Assembly (NCBI RefSeq): GCF_048593235.1
Contig: NC_133619.1
Span: 642,484,558-642,548,557, forward strand
From: Sminthopsis crassicaudata
Lineage: Eukaryota
Direction of reading: 5' to 3'
Length of the DNA: 64,000 bases
In this document: positions 55,560 to 64,000 of the stretch, one piece after another
Layout of the letters: each line of letters opens with the position of its first letter
Numbering within the stretch: the stretch's first letter is position 1
Program-made: the position numbers and the translations under genes
The notes under the pieces: model-generated
Seen by the model: the letters and a program-made list of their open reading frames with translations, nothing else
Told to the model about the DNA's origin: nothing
The model's database searches: none

Positions 55560-56830
55560 GGGTCCAGCTCTCTCTTCTCCTGCCATATTAATTCACTTGA
55601 GAATCTTGTTCTCTCATGTGGATTTCATGACAGTTTTTATTCTGAGGATTCTCAGATCTACTCATCCTGCCCCAATCTCTTTTAACCTCAATCTCTCATC
55701 TGCAGTGGCCATTCACAGGTCTCTACCTGGATGTCCAGTAGACATCTTAAACTCATCATGTCTAAAACCAAATTCATTATCCTACCCCCAAACTCTTTCT
55801 CCTCCCACTTTCTTTGGCACTACAGAGAGCACCCCCATCCTCCAAGGCCCTTAGGATCCCAGCCTAAGAATCTCCCTAGACTCCTTGGTCTCTCACATTT
55901 CATATATAATATGGCACCATAGTCCATCATCTCACCTCTGCAGTATCTCTGGTCCATTTCACCTCTGTATCACCTCTGGTCCATTTCACCTCTGCAGCAT
56001 CTCTGGTCCATTTCACCTCTGGTCCATTTCACCTCTGTATCACCTCTAGTCCATTTCACCTCTGCAGTATCTCTGGTCCATTTCACCTCTGGTCCATTTC
56101 ACCTCTGTATCACCTCTGGTCCATTTCACCTCTGCAGCATCTCTGGTCCATTTCACCTCTGTACCATCTCTGCATCATCTTTGCACCATCTCTCAAATAT
56201 GCTCCCTTATCTCTCCTGACACTGTCCCCACTCTGGCACACACCCTTGTCTTCTCAGGCTTAGTTGGTGGTCTCCCTGCCTTGGGCATCTCCCCATTTCG
56301 CTCCTTCTTCCAATCACCAAAGGAATTTTTTTTACAGTGTAGGTTTGACCATTTTAGTTCCCCACTAAATAACCTCCAGTATCTTCCTCTCACTTGCAGG
56401 AGCAAAGACAAAATGCTCTATTTGTCATTCAAAGCCCTTCATCACCTGCCCTCTCACCTTTCCATGACATTTCACTTTTTGGCACATTCTTTTCCATCCC
56501 GTGTCCCTGGTCTCCTCGCTGTCCCATGAGCACTTCTTTAGCCAACCCCAGGCCTATAATGCTGTCCTCCTCTGTTCTGACCACTGGCCTTCCCAGATTC
56601 TTTGAAGTTTCAACTAAAACTCCACCTTCTGCAGCCTTCCCCCATGGCTCTTAGGTTCAGAGCCTTGCCTGTTCATTATTTCCTATTTGACCTTTATATA
56701 TAGTTGTGTGTATGTTGTTTCCTTCATTAGACTGTGAGCTCCTTGAGGGCAGGGACTATTTTTTGCCTTTCTTTTATATCTTAAATGCTTAGCACTGTGC
56801 CTGGCATTGAGTAGGTGCTTAATTTGTGCA
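55560..56830 (+). mobile_element. LINE-2 3' region with an internal short tandem repeat (about 55935-56170)
   Basis: ctctacctggatgtcc...catcttaaactc...atgtctaaaacc; terminal gtaggtgcttaat; repeated ctctggtccatttcac. Confidence 0.7.
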
Positions 56831-57389
56831 TGCTGACTTGACTCATGTGACCTTGGCCGAGTCCCTTTACAGCTTTTGGCTGCTTCAGTTATTTCTATCA
56901 CATGAGGGAGACATACATGATGCCTTCTGAGATTCCATTGATCTTGGGGAGTCTTAGCCCAATTCTGTTTTAATAACTCTTCATTTAGCCAGTGCCAGGT
57001 GCATAGAAGGAGCTTGCTCATTATTTGATCTCATCTGTGTTGTATGTAAACAGTGTAGATGGATAGAGAACAAGTCCTGGCTGTGGGCAGTGGGGCTCTG
57101 GGCAGTTCCCACCGCTCTCCAGGCTCAGGGGAATGTTCTGAGACCCTGAATTATTGATGGAACAGCTACACTACTCCCAGCAGTGAAATCACTGGTCTGG
57201 GCAAGAATATGCCAGGTACCCAGTGGAATGGCCTCCCGTCTCCCAAGGAATTTAGGAAAGTGCACTGAGTCTGAAGTCGGAAGACCCTTCTCCCTAACCC
57301 ATTTCCTAACCTGTAAAATGAGTTTCCTCCCAGGTCTTTCTAAATCAGAGATCCTTTGGTGCCATTATATTCCCCTGTGAGATACCGTG

Positions 57390-57845
57390 TGGATACACAC
57401 ACAATACAGTACACATATGAACACCCCCACATAATACGCACATGCACAAGGTCATGCAGTGCCCACATGCATGCACACACATACACGGTGCACCTACATG
57501 CCATACACACATGTGATCCCGCAATTCAGCACAGAGGTATACACGTGACCACACACAGCACAACAAGGTCATGCAGTGCACACATGCATGCACATGTACA
57601 TGGTGTGCGTATATGCCATGCACCCATACATGTAAACACACACCAAGCACAGAGATGTACACCTACATACTATACAATGCACAACAGGCTTACATAATAC
57701 AACACAGGTGCACCTTCACAGTACAAATGTATACACAATGTACATGTGTACACATACAACACACAGGTGTGTGCCTACACATATACATGTGTGTACAGTA
57801 CAATGCATGTATACATACATGTAAAACATGCCCACAAGCAGACAC
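57390..57845. repeat. Degenerate (CA/TA)n-rich tract
   Basis: Nearly continuous purine-pyrimidine alternation. Confidence 0.85.
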
Positions 57846-59160
57846 AGGAGGGGAAAGCTCCTTGAACGCAAGGACCAGCCAGTGCAGCATGCACGAGGGG
57901 CCTCTCCCATCAGCCCATCTCTCCCCACCTCACTGTCCCCCATCAGGCTGGAGTTGCTGCTTTTTGTTTTTGTAAGCCAAGGGTTTGGTCACAGTAAGTG
58001 CTTAATAAATGTTTTTTGGCTCGACCTGGGGGTCAAACAAGGATTCTGAAGAGGGAGGGCCATGCCAATTGGGGGGATGGCCCAGCAAAGCGGGGAGATG
58101 GGAAGTGGAATGGGACAGTTTGGGCCCGGGAACATATGAAGGGTTTGCTGGGCAGTAGGCATAGACTAGAGAGAGCTTTAAATGGAGCCCTGAGAGTCCG
58201 GTCCGGATTGGAGTGGGGAGGGCCGTGGGGATGGACAGCAGTGCCTGAAACGGTGTCGGGGCAGCTGGGGAGTTGGGCTTGGTTGTGAGTCAGTAAGGGT
58301 GGTCGGGGGTGGAGGCTGAAGATGCCGGCAAGGGAACCTTCCCTCCAAACTGAACATCAAATGTGAGGGGGGGCAGGATGCCCCCTCCTCCGGGCCCCTG
58401 AGACCTAAGAGATGGGATGCTACTCGATGAGGAAACAGGCTTGCTCCTTCCCTAATCTCGGCCTCCATTAAAGGGGCAGAGGTCCTACACAGGGCTGGGA
58501 TTGATCAGGCTTACTTTTCCTTGTTCCAGACACCTCAGAGATAGGTGCTTCCAGCGGCTGAGCTCTGCCTTCCTCTCCCCTCCCCACTTTTCTACCTTCT
58601 CCCTCCTCTCCCCCCTTCTTTCCCCCTTCCCTCTCCTCCCTTCCCCTTCTTTCCCCTCCCCCTCTTTTTCTTCTTCCTCTCTTCTTCCTCCCTTCTCTCA
58701 TCCTTCCCCCCTTTCTCCCTCCTCTTCTCTCTTCCCCACTCCAGGGAGGCCTAGGACAGACCTTGGCCCCCGAGGGCTGGTTCGGGCCAAGACGTTGGCC
58801 CCAGTCAGAAGCTGGGTCTGCTCTGGTTGTATTGGAGGCAAGGAAGACCGAGGAAATGAGTGCCACTGGAGCCAGGCAGGCAGAGAGGGGGATGAGAGTG
58901 GGGAGTCACAGAAAGCAGCCCCTCAGGCCATGGGATTTCCCACAGGGAAGGTGGCCCTTGGACCTGGGCTAGGGCTGACCATTGGGCTTGGCTGCCTTGA
59001 AACGGTGGGGATATCCAGGGTGGGTCTGGATAGGGAGAAATGGCAGTGACCAGAGCGCACAGGCAATGGGGGGCCAAAACGGCTGCAACCAGCCCCCCGA
59101 ATCGCAGCTGGGCCATCTAACAGCTCCCATCTCCTCCCCACCCCCCAGCTCTGCTTTCAG

Positions 59161-59234
59161 CCCAGGTTCCCGCCCATCCTGCAGATATGGGGAGCCTCAG
59201 AGACCAGGAAGCCAAGCTCTCTGACAAATGCCAG
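59161..59234 (+). CDS. Putative 74-nt linker exon of the SCAN gene (AQVPAHPADMGSLRDQEAKLSDKCQ)
   Basis: Polypyrimidine tract plus CAG acceptor, consensus CAG|GTGAGT donor, phase 1 in and phase 0 out. The peptide resembles ZKSCAN inter-domain exons. Confidence 0.65.
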
Positions 59235-59811
59235 GTGAGTGCTGCTTCCCTCTCTGCAGCCTCAGCCCGTTTCCTCTTACCTGAACGAACCAAACCACAG
59301 GTTCTGAAAAGCCCAAGGGATCACGTCCATTGGATGCAGCAAACCTAGAATGCTGGGAAAACCCAGGAGGTTCCTCAGGCGAGGGAGGGGACCAAGCTTC
59401 TGGGCCCAGGGCCCCTGGAGCAGAGCCAGAGAAGCCCAGGGGCCGTGGGTCAGGGCCCCCAGAGTATGGACCAGATGAGTGCACAAGGACCGTGGGTCAG
59501 GGCCAGAGCCAGGGCAGCGCAGACCTCGGGGTCTTTGGCTCTTGTAGACCCTCCGGCCTGTCGGCACCTGCCCTGGGCACCCTCCATCCCCTGGTGGTCT
59601 GGGCAGATGTGTCTGTGTGAGGCGGCATGTTAGCGAATGCCTGGGCATCTGGGATTTACAGGAGGTCTGACCTCTTAGCCCCCATGCGCCCCCTTTCCTT
59701 CCTCTACTGTGTGCCAGGCACCATGCTGAGCCCCGAGAATACAAGTCAAAGCAGAGAGGAAAGGGCTGGGGGGAGATGAAGGGGGTGGACTCAGGGCTGG
59801 AGAGGCTTTCG

Positions 59812-59838
59812 GGGTTAGGGTTAGGGTTAGGGTTAGGG
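59812..59838 (+). repeat. Short interstitial telomeric repeat (GGGTTA)4GGG
   Basis: Read directly from the sequence. Confidence 0.85.
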
Positions 59839-62800
59839 TTCAGTTTTAGCCCAGAGAGTTTGGGATTGGGGGATGAGTATTTCTTGGTGCTGGTGGGACA
59901 CAGAAGAGGCCACAGGAGGCCTCGATCCCCATCCCAGGCCCTGGTGGACCATAAAGTACAAACTCTGCACTCCCCCGGTGGCCCTTCCCCAAGATGGTCG
60001 CTCTCTTCCCCCTGGGGGAGGCCCCACAGTTGGGGGGAGGCCCCTTTAGGCTCTGACATTCCCCTCACCGGGTTGACCATACTTTGAGCCAAGTTGTGTG
60101 TGTGTGTTGGGGGGGGGTCATCCCTCCTTTCCGTATGCAGGGAGTCAGGTCCCCGTCCTCCAGGGCTCTGTCCTCCCCACTCCCATTGTCCCCTCCCTTC
60201 CTCTTTCCCTGTTCTACACCCAGTACTCTCCTTTTCATACCTGAGTCCCTACGAGCTTCTCTGGAAGCTTTGCAGGGACCGCAGGCTCAGCTCTCCATCT
60301 GGGGGGTCTCTGTTGGCACTGGGAGGGCCCCCTTTTTGGCCTCCTCTCGGCCATCACCCCGACCCTCTCAGCTGTGATATCCCCACAAGGCAGAAGCTTC
60401 CAGGTCTTGTGGGAGCTCCTTTCAGGAGGGGATCAGGAGACTTTGTTCTGGCTTTGTTTTACCCTCTTCTGGTTCTAATAGATCCAAACCTTTCTTTAAC
60501 CATGTTTTCCAGGGACTCTGGGGTTTCCTTAGTTGGTCTTTCCTTGCTCTGGGTAGCAAATCCCTGTGCTATCTGATTTGTGGATGCCATTTGGAGAAGG
60601 CCCTAGTCTTCCCCATTCTTCCTTCTGGAAGCTTGAGTAATTTATCTCTTGCTCCCTTCCACATATTAAGGTCTTATGCAAAAAGACATGATTTTCTTTG
60701 GGTTTCTGCTCCGAGTTGGCAGGGGTTGCTGTTTCTTTCCCAGTTGGACCCGGGGCGTCTCTAGGCTAACAACAATTCTTTGTGACACTCGGTCCCTGCT
60801 TTGGGTCATTCATCTCTCGGGCTTTGTGCCAGGGTCAGGCTCCGTCCCTTGCCATTTGTGCTGGTCGGTGCTGTTTAGTCGGGGTCGCCTCCTCCTCCTC
60901 TGGCCCCCCCTGCTTTGAGGATTGGATCCTTCTGAGGACAGAGTGCTAGGGATCTCAGAAGCAACCAGAGCTGCTGCTCTGAGAATTTTCTGACGATCAG
61001 GGCCTGATTCCTAGACTGTGGGGGTTTCTAGCCTCTCCAGGAACTCTGAAAGGCCTTGGCAGGAGACTCTGGCCGGATTTTTTGGTGGGATTCTGGGCTG
61101 GGACTTAGCGGAGTCTCAGGAAATCAGAGGCAAGCATGGTTGGGGCAAGCGTCTTGCTAGAGCCGTTATATGGGCAACAAGTGGCCAGCCTCTGTTCCAA
61201 TAGCTGCCCTGGAGTCAGCCCAGTCTTCTGACCCATAGAGATCTTTGAGAAGCTCAACTGAGCTACACAGTGTGTTAGTTTTTCCCCAAGCAGGTCATGA
61301 AGTCACTGATGAAAACCCCAAGGAAAGGGGTTTGTTCTATGAGGTAGTGAGCTCCCTATTTCCAGAAACTTTCAAGGAAGAGCTTAATGACCATTGGGTA
61401 GGGTTCCTGCAGAGAGGGTTCCTCCCCGAATTATGGATCCCTGGGGTCCCTTCCACTCTGGGGTTAGGGGGATCTGGAAATTCTAGTTCAAGGTAGGATT
61501 GGTTTCCTGGAAGTTTTTGAAAGGCAGATGTCCATGTTTCCTCCCTTGACCTCTCCAGAAAGCTAGAACCATTTCCCTGGCCTCCTTAACAAAACCCTTC
61601 CCATGTCTATCTGTACTCTTCGGTTCAGCCAGCAGAGGCAATGTGCTCTCCTGGACACGGGTCAGTTCTTCCCCCACATAGCATTGGGCGTCTCTTCCCT
61701 TGTGGCTGGACTCCCTTCCAGGCGGCTCTCCTACCCTGCCTCCATCCTGTCACCCCCTGCTTGGAGTCTGCTCTGATTTCTTTGGGTTGGGAGAGCAGGG
61801 AGCTGGGTCTGTCCACCACGGGCACAGTCTGTCCTTCCCTGTCCTTTTGGCTGAAGGCATCATCAGATCTGGGCTCACCAGCTGTTTATTAATGCCCTGA
61901 TCTCCCATTTTCCCAGATGCCATTGCAAAGGTGGGAAAAGTGCCCTGGGTGGGGAACCCGCTGTCTGCCCTTTGCCTGGTCTCAGAGATAATCTTCCTCC
62001 TGCTGCCTCTCTCTGGCCCCAAGGGACCCCATTGATGCCCTGCCCCCGAGGGAGTTGGGCCTTGGGCCACAGAACCAGAACAGTTAGGGCCAAAAGTACT
62101 GCCCTTCCTCTATGAAAAGCCCGTTTTATCTTAGAGAGATTCTCCTTCCGCTGGGGAGGGGGTCCAGCATTCCCTCCCTTTCAAGGGAGGGAAGACTCCC
62201 CAGAGAGTTGGAGGAAGGCTGGAGCCTGTCCTTCGTGGAGGGAGGTTGTCAAGATACCAGTTTCAATCTGAATTTAGGGAAAATGTTCTCACTTTGCTCA
62301 CTTTCCCACCAGGGAATAGGTCACCTTTGAGGGTGATGGGTTGCCTAGTCAGAGAGTCCCCACCCCCAGGCTTAGACCAGCCCTTCTCAGGGAGCTTCAA
62401 GTGGGGATTCCTTCACTGGAGGGCGGGGGCTGCTGTTGGCTGAGGCCGCAGGCCTGTGCATAGTAGGGCTTTCCACCGGCAGAGCACTGATTTAGTCAGA
62501 TTTGGATTGACCAAATAGCAGCTGTGTGGCCCTACTTGTAAGATGAGAGGGGCAACGGGGGCCCCTGAGATCCCACCTTAGTTCATTCCTAGGCTCGTGC
62601 CAACCATGAAAAAGTATTTCCCGAATGAATGAAGAATGGATGACTTGGGGGGGGGGGGCAGATCAAAGAGCTCGAGTCGGGCCCCTACCATTTTTAATCT
62701 CGTTGCTTGTTAAAGATTCCTTACGAGGCCGCTTTTTATTCCCGGCCAGCCCTGTAGAAGGTCCCGTAAGGAGTCCGGCCCTCTCACAGGAAGCAGAATT

Positions 62801-63053
62801 GGCAAACTGTTTTTCAGAGAGTTGAAGGAAAAGCCCCAGCCCACCCCCATCCTGTTTGGTGCAAGACTTTCCAAAAGGTTTGCTGCATTTTGAAGTGTGA
62901 CTTTCAACTCCCACAGGAAGGTCGTAGGAAATTAAAACTGGGTAGAAATGTACTTAAGGCCATCTGTGGCCCGTTACGTTCTTCTGTTTAAGAGACTTCT
63001 CCCAAGCCCCTCAGAACTTGAGATCAATAAATGCTTGTCTCCCCATTTTGCAG

Positions 63054-64000
63054 CGGGTCAGAGATGGGGCAGTCCTGGGCAAAGGGAGGGGAAAGAACTA
63101 TTCAGTTGAGCCCCTAAGAGATGTTGACATGGACCAGGCCTCCCTGCGGGCCAAGAGGTCCCTGAGTGAGATCGACAGCCGGAGGACCAAGAGAGACCGC
63201 AAGGCCATTAATTTACACGTTAAGCTGGAAGTGCTGCGCCGCTTCGCCGCGGGAGAGAAGCTCAGCCGCATCGCCAAGGCCATGGGCCTCTCCACCTCCA
63301 CCGTGGCCACCATTCGAGACAACCGGGAAAAGATCCAGGCCAGCTCTCTGGCTGCCACGCCACAGGTGGCCACCAAGCTAACCAGGAGCCGGAGCTTGGT
63401 GATGGAGAACATGGAGCGGCTCCTGAGCGTCTGGATCGAGGACCAGAACCAGCGTGGTGTGCCGGTCAACGTCTCCACCATCCAGGTCAAGGCCAAGAGC
63501 CTATTCCAGGACCTGAAGCGGGAGCAGGGCCAGAGCGCCGAGGCCGAGACCTTCGGAGCCAGCCGAGGCTGGTTCACCAGGTTCAAAGCCCGCCACAGCC
63601 TGCCCAACCTGGGCACGAGCAGCGAAACCATCAGCACGGATCCAGAAGCTGCAGCAAAGTACCCGGAGGCCCTGAGGAAGGTCATCCAGGAGGGGGGCTA
63701 CACGCCCCAACAGGTGTTCAACGTGGACGAGATGGGACTCTTCTGGAAGCGCCTGCCAGACAGGACCTTCATCTCGGTGGAGGAGAAAACCACGTCCGGC
63801 TTTAAGGCGGCCAGAGACCTCCTGACCCTCCTCCTGGGGGGCAACGCCGCGGGCGACTTCAAGCTTAAGCCGCTGCTGGTCTACCATTCCGAGAGCCCCC
63901 GCGCCCTTAAGGGCTTCTCCAAGCCCAACCTGCCCGTGATCTGGCGCTCCCACAAGAAGGCCTGGGTGACCATGAGCCTCTTCCAGGAGTGGTTCGTGCA
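63054..64000 (+). CDS. Tigger/pogo transposase-derived exon, copy B (CENPBD1/TIGD1-like). Internal ATG at 63129; cut off by the window edge; predicted terminal exon of a SCAN-transposase fusion
   Basis: Hand translation, no stop from 63054 to 64000: RVRDGAVLGK...DVDMDQASLRAKR...KRDRKAINLHVKLEVLRRFAAGEKL...GASRGWFTRFKARH...FNVDEMGLFWKRLP...LLGGNAAGDFKLKPLLVY. Acceptor ccccattttgcag at 63053. The ORF track misses it because no stop falls inside the window. Confidence 0.9.

Noticed and set aside
54542-58560. Acceptors at 54542, 55213 and 58530 as additional coding exons of the fusion
   Set aside because: Each hits a stop quickly in the required phase 1. The 58530 site works only as an unsupported 15-nt micro-exon.
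59235-63053. A KRAB-A exon between the linker and transposase exons
   Set aside because: A by-eye scan found no VTFxDVAV-like exon. An HMM search would be needed to exclude a degenerate one.

Overview
A GC-rich mammalian locus with small introns. The SINE and L1 3' ends point to a marsupial, possibly an Australian dasyurid (inference). It is syntenic with the human 19q13.43 block TRIM28(+) / CHMP2A(-) / UBE2M(-). All three genes were traced exon by exon with GT-AG sites and consistent phases: TRIM28 has 15 coding exons (866 aa), CHMP2A 5 (221 aa) and UBE2M 6 (183 aa). About 20 kb of L1, L2, SINE and LTR/ERV debris follows, including an internally deleted tRNA-Lys-primed ERV2 provirus. Beyond that lie two intact paralogous Tigger/pogo-derived ORFs resembling CENPBD1/TIGD1. 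Copy A (40053-41651, 532 aa) stands alone and has its third catalytic Asp replaced by Asn. Copy B (63054 to the window edge) has a splice acceptor whose frame is open into the transposase. That acceptor is phase-compatible with an upstream SCAN-domain exon (53710-54115) and a 74-nt linker exon (59161-59234), which predicts a SCAN-pogo transposase fusion gene; this is the main finding. This TRIM28 also lacks the C-terminal ATM SQ site (human S824) and appears to have two fewer introns than human. Comparisons with human genes are from memory and need checking.
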